A stretch of 64,000 nt of DNA. Origin: Candidatus Poribacteria bacterium (GTDB lineage Bacteria > Poribacteria > WGA-4E > PCPOR2b). The stretch is taken from assembly GCA_965215015.1 (NCBI GenBank), contig OZ244042.1, positions 2,880,001 to 2,944,000 of the forward strand, written 5' to 3'. The position numbers and the translations under genes were made by a program. Positions 19,612 through 29,786 of this stretch are shown in pieces (within the stretch, counting starts at the first letter, position 1; each line of letters opens with the position of its first letter). Under the pieces are notes generated by a model. It saw only the letters and a list, made by a program, of their open reading frames with translations. It was not told where the DNA came from and did not search any database.

Positions 19612-20974
19612 GGTAGTTAACAGCCTCCCGAAACGCTTGACCCCGTGCCTTATAATCTGTGAACATATCAAAACTTGCATTCGCCGGAGACAAAAGCACG
19701 ACATCGCCCGATGCAGCGTATGAGTACGCGCGTTCGACAGCGTCGCTCATTGTTGCTGCATTCTGTATAATAACGACGTGCGCCGCAAGCGCGTTTCGTA
19801 TTATTCCTGTGTGTGCCCCTAGCAGAATTAACCCTTTGACCTTCGATCGGACGCATTCGATCAGCGGTTGGTAATTATTTCCCTTATCGTATCCACCCAT
19901 AATCAACAAAATCGGATCTGACAATGATTCGAGTGCTGCCTTAACCGCGGCGACATTCGTGGCTTTGGAATCGTTAATAAACCGGATACCATTAATCGTC
20001 TTGACCGGCTCAAAGGCGTGTTCAAGGGGGGGATGCTCGGCAGGGGAGAAATCGCAAATCGCGGAACGCATTATATTTGGCGAAATGCCGAAAATCTGCC
20101 CTACTGCTACAGCAGCGAGAACATTTTGGAGATTATGCCTTCCGGGCAAGGGGCTGTCTCCAACATCACAAATCCAGTGAGATTTGCCCTCCCATTTGGC
20201 AAAAATCTTGCCTTCCTCTACATAGGTGCCCATTTCAACAGTAGCGGCGTCTGTGAAGTAAACACCTTTCGCTTGTGTCCCATCAGCAAAGGTTGTAATG
20301 TTTTCATCCGAAGCATTCAGAACAATCCAATCCGTTGATGTTTGGTTCGCACAGATTTTCATTTTCGCTGCCCGATAGGCCTCCATTGTTCTATGCCGAT
20401 CTAGGTGATCGCGCGACAAATTTAGAACGACACTGACGACGGGGCGAAATCTCGTCGTCGTTTCAAGCTGAAAACTGCTGGCTTCGATGACAACGAGGTC
20501 CTCAGCCGTTAACTGCTGGACTTCGCTCGACAGTGGTACTCCAATATTACCCGCGGCACAAACCCTGCGGAAATTCCCACACTTGAGGAGTTCGGCTGTT
20601 AAAATTGTGGTCGTTGACTTGCCTTTGGTCCCTGTAATCGCAACCATCGGCGCAGCGCAGCGGCTAGCAGCAACTTCCAGTTCACCAGTGATTGGGATAC
20701 CTGCTGAACGCGCTTCTTGCAAAATTGGGAGGTCTAACGGCACGCCCGGCGAAAGGACAATCAGATCCGCCTTCTCAATGCAGCGTTGATTGTGGCCGCC
20801 GAGAATGAAATCAATTTCTCGATCGTTTAGGGCATCAATGTCCGCTTGGAGCTGGTCGCTGGATTTTGGATCTGTCACAAGAACCTTAGCTCCGAGATCA
20901 TCTAGTAATTTGGCAACAGCAATGCCGCTGCGATGGAGTCCGAAGACGGTAATTCGTTTATCAGCAAATGTCAT
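19574..20974 (-). CDS. murD: UDP-MurNAc-L-Ala--D-Glu ligase
   Basis: SPGVP, ITGTKGKSTT, EASSFQLE, NDSKATN, LSPANASFD. Confidence 0.96.
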   Translation of the reverse strand: MTFADKRITVFGLHRSGIAVAKLLDDLGAKVLVTDPKSSDQLQADIDALNDREIDFILGGHNQRCIEKADLIVLSPGVPLDLPILQEARSAGIPITGELEVAASRCAAPMVAITGTKGKSTTTILTAELLKCGNFRRVCAAGNIGVPLSSEVQQLTAEDLVVIEASSFQLETTTRFRPVVSVVLNLSRDHLDRHRTMEAYRAAKMKICANQTSTDWIVLNASDENITTFADGTQAKGVYFTDAATVEMGTYVEEGKIFAKWEGKSHWICDVGDSPLPGRHNLQNVLAAVAVGQIFGISPNIMRSAICDFSPAEHPPLEHAFEPVKTINGIRFINDSKATNVAAVKAALESLSDPILLIMGGYDKGNNYQPLIECVRSKVKGLILLGAHTGIIRNALAAHVVIIQNAATMSDAVERAYSYAASGDVVLLSPANASFDMFTDYKARGQAFREAVNYLESTEAIPKSDT

Positions 20975-21036
20975 TTATATTGACCCTACACACGGAACAA
21001 CGCTGGCATAATATGGGAGGATACACAGGTATTCTC

Positions 21037-21789
21037 CTACGAGCGGGACACAATTTTTTCTACCCAAGCTGCCACGACTGCATCTACCATTGCATGCCCA
21101 TGTTCGGCGTTGGCGGTCCAGCTATTCTTCTTCTCATCTTGACGACAGTACCAAGGGGCGGTATCGTCCAAGCGATCTTGCTCTACTAATTCGGGACGGG
21201 TTGCCAACAGAAAAGAGGTCTCATTATAGCCGGCGTGGTCACCTCCAGCCGGCGGCGATGTCTCGGGGAGAATCATCGGTTGGACGTCGATCTGACCGGA
21301 CAGGGGTCCCGCTTCATCCTTCAAGGATTCCACACCCCACCAACCGCGCGGATAACCTCGCTCCAAGATGCTCTCGAAGGCAAGTTCTGCTGCTGCTTTT
21401 TTGAAAGCCAACGCAAGCGGTGCCTCCATGCCCTGATGCATGATAATCACGTAGATGGTCTTGAAGCCCATCTCACGGAAATTTCTCAGAATCGCTTTGA
21501 CGTGCCCCCCAAATGCAGCATAATCCGGATCAATGGTGCCCTCGGCGGGCCCACCAAGTGCATACCCGGTGGGACCGTAGTCGAAGGATGGGGCGATGAC
21601 GATTTCTACTTTTTCGGCGATTCGGGCGCAAATTTCTTCAACAATGATTGTGTCGTGTCCAATCGCCATGTGGGGGCCGTGAGTCTCAATGCAGCCTGCT
21701 GGTACGAGCAGGGGATGCCCACGCTCTACAGCTTCCTTTAATTGGTAGGGACGTATATGTTTTAAGTACATGGTATCTCCACTTCTCAA
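21037..21789 (-). CDS. Creatininase / creatinine amidohydrolase family
   Basis: P.GCIETHGPH..IGHD and DHAG..ETS motifs. Confidence 0.85.
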   Translation of the reverse strand: MRSGDTMYLKHIRPYQLKEAVERGHPLLVPAGCIETHGPHMAIGHDTIIVEEICARIAEKVEIVIAPSFDYGPTGYALGGPAEGTIDPDYAAFGGHVKAILRNFREMGFKTIYVIIMHQGMEAPLALAFKKAAAELAFESILERGYPRGWWGVESLKDEAGPLSGQIDVQPMILPETSPPAGGDHAGYNETSFLLATRPELVEQDRLDDTAPWYCRQDEKKNSWTANAEHGHAMVDAVVAAWVEKIVSRS

Positions 21790-21840
21790 ATTCGAGGGTT
21801 TCTACCGGATTTTATTTCAAATTTAATTTTTGGATTCGTG

Positions 21841-21935
21841 TTAGGACTTACGCGGTTGAACGTTCAAACCCTCGTAGTTCGGTGCCTTATTAAAGACCAG
21901 GTGTGTCCCTCGACAGTGTTTGGTGAATTGAAAAG
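21841..21935 (+). repeat. MITE-like repeat remnant (TAGGACTTACGC family)
   Basis: TAGGACTTACGCGGTTGAACGTTCAAA and GTGTTTGGTGAATTGAA are shared with the minus-strand copy at ~44105-44261. Confidence 0.6.
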
Positions 21936-22164
21936 ATCTAGTATGTTGCGCGATGTTCCGGGTATATTTGCACTTTCTTTTTATATGAGTCTTAATTTTT
22001 TAGTAATTAAAGAAATGGTTGGAATACCTAAATAGTAACACGATTCAGCCATTAGATCAACTGACTTTTCTTGATTGAATTCCTAATTGATGTTAAACTT
22101 TAGTGGGAATTGAGAGCGTGTGCGGTGAGATGCCAGCAGAAATTTCATGGAGGATGAATAGATA

Positions 22165-23397
22165 ATGAAAAAACGACCCGATATACACAGCAAAGCCAGC
22201 CCTGATGGATTGGAAATTATCCAACTGACAACGGAGGAGGTGCCCAGTTCACACATCTATATGGAGGCGCAAATTTTTACGCCGGATTCAAAGCGATTTA
22301 TCCTGCACCGCTCCGCGCACCCACACGGTTCAGATCCGCAAGACCCCGAACATCAATACCTGATCTGTGATCTGGAGAACAACTGTGAGCTGATTCCAAT
22401 TACCGAAGAAATCGGTGCGACCGCTCCCGCTGTCTCACCCGATGGGTTGACCCTCTACTATTTTATTGATGAGACCCACCCCGGCGGTGGGAGACTGACG
22501 CTCAAGCGAGTTGGTATGGAGGGCACTGGCAGAGAGACACTATTGACAATTGACGCGCCGCTGCCTGGCACTAATTTTCGTCCGAGCCGCCCCTATCCAC
22601 TATCTACAATAGCCTCTGATGGAAAGCGGTTGGCGATTTCTGCCTTTTTTGGCGATGGCAAAACAACGGACGCACCTTGGGGCTTGATGGTTTTTAACCT
22701 AGAGGAGGCATCCGTCAAACTGATTATTCATGGACAGACATGGTGTAACATGCACCCACAGTACAGCCGATCCCTCAATGTTGAGGAAACACACGATATT
22801 CTAATCCAAGAGAATCATGACAATACCTGCGATCCGGCAGGGAAAGTCACTCAGCTGGTTGGAGGAGATGGAGCAGATATCCATGTCATCCGCGATGATG
22901 GGACCAGACTCAGAGATCTGCCTTGGGGGCGCAATGGGGTTGAATTCTGTCAAGGTCACCAGTGCTGGATTGGGCGGAGTGCACGGGCACTTACCAGCAC
23001 TTCTACGCGGGAACCCAAAAGTTGTCAACTTATTGAGGGACAGGCACTGTCTCATGTGGGACATTTGGGCCTCAACACACCGGGCGGTAGGCGTAACGAC
23101 CTATCGCGAAATTTCCCTAACCCTGACTTCTATCATTTTGCCACAGATCTCGCTGGCCAGCGTCTGATTACGGATGCCGGACCTAGAGATGATGGTGGCG
23201 CAATTTACCTCGCCGAGCTGCCCACTGATGAAATGGGTCCGTTAGAAAATATCACTTTCTTGCTCAACCCACGCTCTTCTTGGCAGAAAGGGAGCCATAT
23301 CCACCCATTTCTCTCGCCAGATGGCAGGACAGGATTTTTCAATTCCGACGAGAGTGGCATATTGCAGGCATACATGGTGAAAGGTTGGGCGGTCTGA
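22165..23397 (+). CDS. Oligogalacturonate-lyase-like / TolB-like beta-propeller protein
   Basis: HIYME..IFTPDS, HPQYS, HIHPFLSPDG..FFNSD motifs. Confidence 0.6.
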   Translation: MKKRPDIHSKASPDGLEIIQLTTEEVPSSHIYMEAQIFTPDSKRFILHRSAHPHGSDPQDPEHQYLICDLENNCELIPITEEIGATAPAVSPDGLTLYYFIDETHPGGGRLTLKRVGMEGTGRETLLTIDAPLPGTNFRPSRPYPLSTIASDGKRLAISAFFGDGKTTDAPWGLMVFNLEEASVKLIIHGQTWCNMHPQYSRSLNVEETHDILIQENHDNTCDPAGKVTQLVGGDGADIHVIRDDGTRLRDLPWGRNGVEFCQGHQCWIGRSARALTSTSTREPKSCQLIEGQALSHVGHLGLNTPGGRRNDLSRNFPNPDFYHFATDLAGQRLITDAGPRDDGGAIYLAELPTDEMGPLENITFLLNPRSSWQKGSHIHPFLSPDGRTGFFNSDESGILQAYMVKGWAV

Positions 23398-23576
23398 CTC
23401 AGCGAAGGCATCCACTTTCTTGCAAGAATTAATGGATTCTGCTCTCTCACCAGTCATTTCTTGAACAACTTTGGGAAATCTGCTAATATATCGTTGAGCG
23501 AGAATAACTAAAGTATATTTTTCTTCCTTGAATATAGTTTTTATGCGAATTGAAGCCGCCCTATACGAGGAGGGTT

Positions 23577-24827
23577 ATGATGAAAATTACCAACATCGAA
23601 GTGATTCCGATTTATCCCCGCCTAGCAGAACGCTACGAAAATCGCAAGGTTGATTTATACGGCATAGACCACCGCACTGTCTTCAAAGTGGAAACAGATG
23701 CCGGAATAGTCGGCTACGGCGACCAGCGCGTCCGCCCCGGTGGACAGCCGGACCCAGCAATCGCAGCATCACTTATCGGCCGCAACCCATTTGACTTTAT
23801 CAACAACCATCTCCCCTACGGCTCCGCCTTGAATTGCGCCCTCTACGACGTGATGGGAAAATATCTTGGGGTGCCCGTCTATAAGTTAATCGGACAGAAA
23901 GTGCGGGATGCGGTGCCGGTTGCAGCGTGGACTCGTCCCGCATCACCGGAGACATTCAGAGCCGAAATCAGCCGGGCGGCGGACCAAGGTTATACCATCT
24001 TTAAGATGCACACCTGCGATTACCACGACGTAATGGAACAGACACGCCTCGCCGAAGAAGTTGCTCCAGAGGGTTTTAAGATTCATTATGACTTCAACGG
24101 TAACCGGAGCCTAGCGGCGGTCCTGCCCATCATTCAGGAATTGGAGCGCAACCACCCGATTGTCGGTTATATTGAGGACCCGCTTGTGAAGAACGATATA
24201 AACGGTTGGCGTCAATTGCGCGAACAGACCCGTCTGCCGATTATCATGCACGGCACACCGCTCGGAAGCGTCCAAGAAATTATCCACAGTGTTGCCGACA
24301 TCTATATGATTGGGGGTTCGATTGGCGATACTGTTGCCACCGGCTTTGCTTGTGGAAAAGCGAATATCCAGACAATACTTCAGTTTGAGTCCGGCACCCT
24401 TGGCAAGGCGATGGCACTGCATATAGCAGCTGTCCTACCCACCCACACGGCGCACTCCATCAATCTCGACGACCAATATGAGGAGGATTACACTACCGAG
24501 CGGATTCCTGTTATTGAAGGGTCATCACCTGTTCCAGATGGTCCGGGCCTCGGATACGAAGTAGACGAAGACGCACTGGCACGTATCGCAGCGAACAAAC
24601 CGATTGAACCGCCCAAACACGTAGGTGTGCTGCACATGCCGGGCGGGAATACGTTCTACGGTCGCTCCTATGTGTCACCTACCAGAGTGACAGGACGTGA
24701 GGAAGGCACGATTCGGGGGATCAGGTCTGAAATATGGGAAGATGATGGCTCAGCGGAATTCACTCGTATCTTTGAACGGGTGCAGAAGGAAGGAACGTTC
24801 CGTGTAGATTCGCAAGGCAGCTTGTAG
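23577..24827 (+). CDS. Mandelate racemase / muconate lactonizing (enolase superfamily) enzyme
   Basis: MKITNIEV, ALYDVMGK.LGVPVYKL, DFN, IEDP, PDGPGLG. Confidence 0.85.
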   Translation: MMKITNIEVIPIYPRLAERYENRKVDLYGIDHRTVFKVETDAGIVGYGDQRVRPGGQPDPAIAASLIGRNPFDFINNHLPYGSALNCALYDVMGKYLGVPVYKLIGQKVRDAVPVAAWTRPASPETFRAEISRAADQGYTIFKMHTCDYHDVMEQTRLAEEVAPEGFKIHYDFNGNRSLAAVLPIIQELERNHPIVGYIEDPLVKNDINGWRQLREQTRLPIIMHGTPLGSVQEIIHSVADIYMIGGSIGDTVATGFACGKANIQTILQFESGTLGKAMALHIAAVLPTHTAHSINLDDQYEEDYTTERIPVIEGSSPVPDGPGLGYEVDEDALARIAANKPIEPPKHVGVLHMPGGNTFYGRSYVSPTRVTGREEGTIRGIRSEIWEDDGSAEFTRIFERVQKEGTFRVDSQGSL

Positions 24828-24868
24828 GATAGGTCGAGCCTCGAAAATTGAGGGAGGACGGAACACCA

Positions 24869-25450
24869 ATGACTGCATTTAATCAGGTATTACAAGAGGT
24901 CGATGAACAATGCCGAGAACAGCACATCCCGATGCTTGGCTCGGAAAAAGCCGAGTTTCTCGTGAATCTCGTTCAAAAAGCGGGGCCGACCTTGATTGTT
25001 GAATGTGGCACCGCTATCGGCTATTCGGGACTTTGGCTGGTCTCCGCACTCAAATCGGCGGGCAAGGGCAGATTAATCACGGTTGAAATTGATACGGGAC
25101 GCGCCCACGAAGCACAGGCAAACTTTAGACGCGCCAACGTTAAAAATATAGTTGATTCGCGGATTGGAGATGCCGCGGAGGTGCTGAAAACTATCCATGA
25201 GCCGGTTGATTTTCTGCTGCTGGACAATAACTACAGCAATTATTTCCCCTGTTTTCGGGCAATTGAATCGCAGCTGACGGATGGGGCAACTGTTGTTGCA
25301 GATAACGTGGGAATCGGGGCAGCGGGTATGGCGGACTATCTCAACCATGTCCGTTCTCACTATGAGAGTCGAACTCATTGGTTTGAGACAGACCTGCCCT
25401 GGGTCAAGCGTGATGCCATGGAAGCAACTATCTACCGTAAGTCCCGCTAA
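24869..25450 (+). CDS. Class I SAM-dependent O-methyltransferase
   Basis: ECGTAIGYS, VADN motifs. Confidence 0.85.
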   Translation: MTAFNQVLQEVDEQCREQHIPMLGSEKAEFLVNLVQKAGPTLIVECGTAIGYSGLWLVSALKSAGKGRLITVEIDTGRAHEAQANFRRANVKNIVDSRIGDAAEVLKTIHEPVDFLLLDNNYSNYFPCFRAIESQLTDGATVVADNVGIGAAGMADYLNHVRSHYESRTHWFETDLPWVKRDAMEATIYRKSR

Positions 25451-25644
25451 ACCATCGAACAGGTAGCTTAACTGACACGCTTATCAACTAATGGTGCTAG
25501 TTTGCAACTGTTGATACCTAACGTGAAACTTGAAAACTATCTGTTCATGGGTTCATCAATGGACTTCTGAACTAGTGAACTCTTGAACGATGTGGAAACG
25601 AAATCCTCACCAACTTGCACCAAAGATTATCAGGAGGCTGTATT

Positions 25645-26433
25645 ATGGCGAACCTACACGGACCCGTTTTGACCGATGACGAACTCGCAACATTTCACGA
25701 GCAGGGATATGTGCGTTTGGGCAAAGTTGCGCCGGAGGGAGAGATTGAGGCTCTCTGTCAGCGGATCGACGATATTATGCTGGGGAAGATCCGCTACGAC
25801 AATATGCTCATGCAGCTATGTCCGTCAGCCGGTCGCCCGGAATTATCGAAGCAGACAAAAGAGTTTAAGGGATCTACGCTGAAATACCGAAAAATTCAGG
25901 ACCTTGATCAGGATCCACTGTTTCTGCCGTACATACGACACCCGCTGTTTCGGGACATCACACAGAAGATTATTGGAGAAGAAGTTTCCGCTTTTCGGAC
26001 GATGTTTTTCAACAAGCCGGCACAGCAAGGGGTCCTCATCAATTGGCATCAGGACGGTGCCGGTGGCTGGGGGCTAAGCATTCCTCCAAAGGTGACAATC
26101 TGGACCGCCCTAGATCCGACCGGTATCGCCAACGGCTGTCTACAGATTATTCCGGGGTCGCACAAAAGCCTCATTCCCGAAAAAGGCGACCAATTATCTC
26201 CGGAGGAACGGGCGATTCACGCCCCGGACGAAAAGCGAATCTATCTGGAAATGGAGATGGGAGAGGTGGTGCTGCTCCATAATTGGACCTTACATCGCTC
26301 AGAGATTAACACCACAAACCGTCCACGGCGCGGATTCAGCGTGTGTTACATTGATGCAGCAACCTGTCAAGTCTCCACCGGACGGGGGTATCCGAAAGTG
26401 TTTCCGGAGTATGTGCCGGTGGAGGAGGTATAA
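25645..26433 (+). CDS. Phytanoyl-CoA dioxygenase (PhyH) family Fe/2OG enzyme
   Basis: WHQD, NGCLQIIPGSH, LHRS. Confidence 0.9.
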   Translation: MANLHGPVLTDDELATFHEQGYVRLGKVAPEGEIEALCQRIDDIMLGKIRYDNMLMQLCPSAGRPELSKQTKEFKGSTLKYRKIQDLDQDPLFLPYIRHPLFRDITQKIIGEEVSAFRTMFFNKPAQQGVLINWHQDGAGGWGLSIPPKVTIWTALDPTGIANGCLQIIPGSHKSLIPEKGDQLSPEERAIHAPDEKRIYLEMEMGEVVLLHNWTLHRSEINTTNRPRRGFSVCYIDAATCQVSTGRGYPKVFPEYVPVEEV

Positions 26434-26454
26434 AATAGGCAAATTGACTAGGCC

Positions 26455-26790
26455 TCGTTGTGAATCCGAAAGTGCTCCCCTATATTGATGAGATAGTGGA
26501 TCGTCCTAGACTCAAGTCAACGTGGTTGACATTTAAGTGGAATGGAGGCAGGACGGTTTATCACTCCAACCATACCCCGTCAGTAACGCACAATTTTTAT
26601 CATTTTAACGGCCGTATCCATCACACCCTCCTCGCAGGTGTTTTACGCAATGCGTGACATCAACCCCGGCGAGGGTGGGTTGCAGGTGATTCCGGGGAGC
26701 CACACAGCAAACTACCCATCGCCCCCGATGAGGTATTGAAGGGTATGTACATTGCAATTCCGATGAAGGCGATACGCTTTACCAAAGCCC
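26455..26790 (+). pseudogene. Frameshifted PhyH-family fragment
   Basis: PKVLPYIDEIVDRPRLKSTW...YHSNHTP then, in a shifted frame, VFYAMRDINPGEGGLQVIPGSH.ANYP; truncated at both ends. Confidence 0.65.
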
Positions 26791-26959
26791 CTTTGAAGAT
26801 GCCCCGGACGGGAGCTGGTTAAAGGATCTCCCCCGCACTTTGAACGGTTGCCCAGAAACATACCCAAAGCCTGAAGGTATGCCGGCGATCAAAATAAAAA
26901 TAGAGTCGCGGAATTTAGGCACCATCTCAGGTTTGATAACTCTATAGGGTTAAATTATC

Positions 26960-27760
26960 TTATGTCAAACAGATTGTGATTGTGTCCCCCCGCCTGAGTC
27001 CTAGGACTTGTGCCGCATTACCTTGGTTGATTGAGATTTCGAGCCGATTAAAGCTGCCAACGATTGCTAGCACCTCGCCAACTGCCGATTCAGCGTAGGA
27101 TCGGTTGAGATGATTTATCTCTGTACCTCCCGCATGGATAGTAACACCGTTTTGTCCTTTCAGTGATTCCAAGATTTCCTGAGAAATGTTTGTGACCAAA
27201 TTCCCGAAGGAATCGATCCAGATGATATGACCGATAACCCCTTTGTCCGTCACTTCTGGTCTTGGAACGGGGAGTTGAACGGGATGTGTAATAGGGTTTC
27301 CCAAGTTATCAATTGGTATACCGCGTGAGAGGTACGCTGCGATGGGGGCGAAAATGTCCCTGCCATGAAACGTGTTACTCACCTGCGGCAGAAAGTAAGT
27401 CGAGTTCTCCACTGCTAGGGTGCGGGTACGCTTTTCATTGCAGAGGATATGGGTCAAAATACCGTTATCCGGGCAGACGAAATAGGCTATGTCTGTTTGG
27501 CAGACGATGGCTCGGCGTTCACCGCCCACCCCGGGATCTACGACGATCACATGAATCGTTCCGGTTGGGAAATAGCGATACGTGGAATCAATCAGGAATG
27601 CAGCACCGTGGATATCCTGCGGCGGAATGGCGTGCGTGATGTCAACGATTTGGACTTGCGGATTAATATTCAGCAGCACACCTTTCATAACACCGACATA
27701 GTGGTCGCTTGTCCCAAAATCGGTCATCAGTGTGATAGTACGGGATGGTGCAAGATTCAT
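26960..27760 (-). CDS. SAM hydroxide adenosyltransferase (DUF62; chlorinase/fluorinase superfamily)
   Basis: TDFG..D.YVG, VVDPGVG..RR, TFHGRDIFAP, IDSFGN. Confidence 0.9.
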   Translation of the reverse strand: MNLAPSRTITLMTDFGTSDHYVGVMKGVLLNINPQVQIVDITHAIPPQDIHGAAFLIDSTYRYFPTGTIHVIVVDPGVGGERRAIVCQTDIAYFVCPDNGILTHILCNEKRTRTLAVENSTYFLPQVSNTFHGRDIFAPIAAYLSRGIPIDNLGNPITHPVQLPVPRPEVTDKGVIGHIIWIDSFGNLVTNISQEILESLKGQNGVTIHAGGTEINHLNRSYAESAVGEVLAIVGSFNRLEISINQGNAAQVLGLRRGDTITICLT

Positions 27761-27850
27761 TCTGGCTTACCTCACAAATATAGACAGGTAGATTACATAG
27801 ACCCAAAAGTCTACCAGAGCGAACAACCGTAAGCAAGACGAAATATTCGC

Positions 27851-27879
27851 TTGCACTGTCCCATGCGCTGGGCTATAAT
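27851..27879 (+). promoter_or_regulatory. sigma70 promoter of the methyltransferase
   Basis: TTGCAC-17-TATAAT. Confidence 0.6.
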
Positions 27880-27937
27880 ACTGATATAAGATTTTGAGAA
27901 CTTGTGTGGAGCACCTAACGAAAAGGCGAACTAAAAA

Positions 27938-29524
27938 ATGATGGAAGACAGAGATTTAATGACAATTCCTGAAGCCAGCAAATGGGCAACGGATTATCTT
28001 AAAAAAAACGTAACCGTTTCCAATATCTCCTATCTAATTCAGTATGGAAGAATCCGAAAATATGATAACAATGGTTCCACACGGGTTTCAAAACAGGACT
28101 TGCTTAAATATTATCATTCATATCTAGGAACACGAGAAGTCGACTGGAAGGCGCAACTAGGCGAAGACATCAATTGGGGGTTGTCATTTGATTATCTGAA
28201 AGAAGCTGATACAACGAAACATGTCCATAGGCTCCATCCATATAAAGGCAAATTCATCCCCCAACTGGTTGAATACTTCTTAGACAATCACACAGATGAT
28301 TTCAAAAAAGATGTGTGTTTCAAACAAGGTGATATTATCCTCGATCCGTTTTGTGGTAGCGGCACAACACTGGTGCAAGCTAACGAACTTGGAATGCGCG
28401 CTATCGGTATTGACATTTCCGCATTTAATACGCTCATCAGCAACATTAAAATAGAAAAACATAATCTTGTTGATGTACAGAATGAAATTCACAACATCAC
28501 AAACGGTCTTAAACGATTTATCAGCGAATCCAATATCGCTCAATTTGAAGCCCAACTCACCGCGGAACTTAACGAGTTTAATCACGAATATTTCCCCTCC
28601 CCTGATTTCAAATACCAAGTTAGGCAGGGACTGATTAATCAAGAAAAATACGGGAAAGAAAAAGAGGAGCAATTCTCACTCAGATATTTTCAACTCATTA
28701 ACCGATATGGAGTCAAATTAGGGCAAAGACAATCAGAGAATTTCCTCGATATGTGGTATTTATTGCCTGTAAGGGAAGAGATCGACTTTGTCTTTGAGCG
28801 CGTTAAACACATCCAAAACCGTGAAACACAACGGGTAGTCCAGATCATTTTGAGTCGAACGATTCGCACTTGCCGAGCAACAATGCATGCAGATTTGGGC
28901 ACCTTAAAAGAACCTGTAACAGCGGCTTACTACTGTGCTAAACACGGTAAAATGTGCAAGCCGTTGTTTTCAATATTAAGTTGGTGGGAGCGATACAGTC
29001 AAGATACAATTCAACGCCTTGTTCAGTTTGGTAAATTGAAAACTGGTACGTTTCAAACCTGTCTAACCGGAAATTCCCGGACAATTGATATTATTGAAGC
29101 ACTAAAGGCAGATAACCCAGGTTTTGCCCAATTCGTGAGGGAACAGAAGATTAAAGGGGTTTTCTCTAGCCCACCGTATGTTGGGCTTATCAACTATCAC
29201 GAACAACACGCCTACGCCTATGATTTATTTGAATTTGATCGAAAGGATGAACTAGAGATTGGGCCGCTCTCTAAGGGTAAAGGAAAAGAAGCCAGAGAAC
29301 AATATATCAAAGGTATTTCAGAAGTGTTGAGGAATTGCACGAAATTCTTAGCCCGAGATTATGATGTTTTTCTGGTGGCAAATGATAAGTTCAATATGTA
29401 TCCAACGATTGCGGAGTGTTCGGGGATGCGAATCGCTAATCAATATAAACGCCCCGTTCTCAACAGGACAGAAAAGGACAAAGGCGCGTACTCCGAAAGT
29501 ATTTTCCATCTGAAATCAAAATAG
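27938..29524 (+). CDS. N4-cytosine DNA methyltransferase with N-terminal HTH (M.MjaII-like)
   Basis: HPYKGKFIPQLV, DPFCGSGTT (motif I), SPPY (motif IV); AT-richer than neighbours; adjacent TdeIII-family REase remnant. Confidence 0.85.
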   Translation: MMEDRDLMTIPEASKWATDYLKKNVTVSNISYLIQYGRIRKYDNNGSTRVSKQDLLKYYHSYLGTREVDWKAQLGEDINWGLSFDYLKEADTTKHVHRLHPYKGKFIPQLVEYFLDNHTDDFKKDVCFKQGDIILDPFCGSGTTLVQANELGMRAIGIDISAFNTLISNIKIEKHNLVDVQNEIHNITNGLKRFISESNIAQFEAQLTAELNEFNHEYFPSPDFKYQVRQGLINQEKYGKEKEEQFSLRYFQLINRYGVKLGQRQSENFLDMWYLLPVREEIDFVFERVKHIQNRETQRVVQIILSRTIRTCRATMHADLGTLKEPVTAAYYCAKHGKMCKPLFSILSWWERYSQDTIQRLVQFGKLKTGTFQTCLTGNSRTIDIIEALKADNPGFAQFVREQKIKGVFSSPPYVGLINYHEQHAYAYDLFEFDRKDELEIGPLSKGKGKEAREQYIKGISEVLRNCTKFLARDYDVFLVANDKFNMYPTIAECSGMRIANQYKRPVLNRTEKDKGAYSESIFHLKSK

Positions 29525-29543
29525 CGTACAGGTTGAGACAAAT

Positions 29544-29762
29544 ATGCCGCTATCCAAGTAACAAGCAACATCGCCGGAACCCTATAAGCGTTGGACAGCA
29601 AAAGGGATGTTGGATTTAGGACAAGAGTTAAGGGTTGCCGATGAATTTTGGGATTTCTTAAGTGGAGATAGCGCGTATCAGGATTTATTAGATTGTTTTG
29701 AAAGAGTTGGTATTGAATTATGGACTGAGATTAATCACTATTTTGAGAAATTTAGAAATTGA
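29544..29762 (+). pseudogene. Internally deleted TdeIII/MjaII-family type II restriction endonuclease
   Basis: One frame reads MPLSK*QATS fused to PEPYKRWTAKGMLDLGQELRVADEFWDFLSGDSAYQDLLDCFERVGIEL...; recognised from memory as the RE_TdeIII C-terminus. Confidence 0.75.
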
Positions 29763-29786
29763 TTCAAAACTGAAACAGGAGCGACA

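Noticed and set aside
19612-19704. Long N-terminal extension of FtsW
   Set aside because: Overlaps murD; a TTG at 19611 with SD gives a normal-length protein.
25495-25590. Short motifs shared with ~44320 (TGAACTCTTGAAC) and ~51650 (TTTGCA.CTGTTGATA)
   Set aside because: Too short and degenerate to define an element or RNA from this window alone.
26960-27760. Fluorinase/chlorinase
   Set aside because: It has the Asp-Arg-His (VDPG/RR/TFHGRD) signature of SAM hydrolases rather than of the halogenating members.
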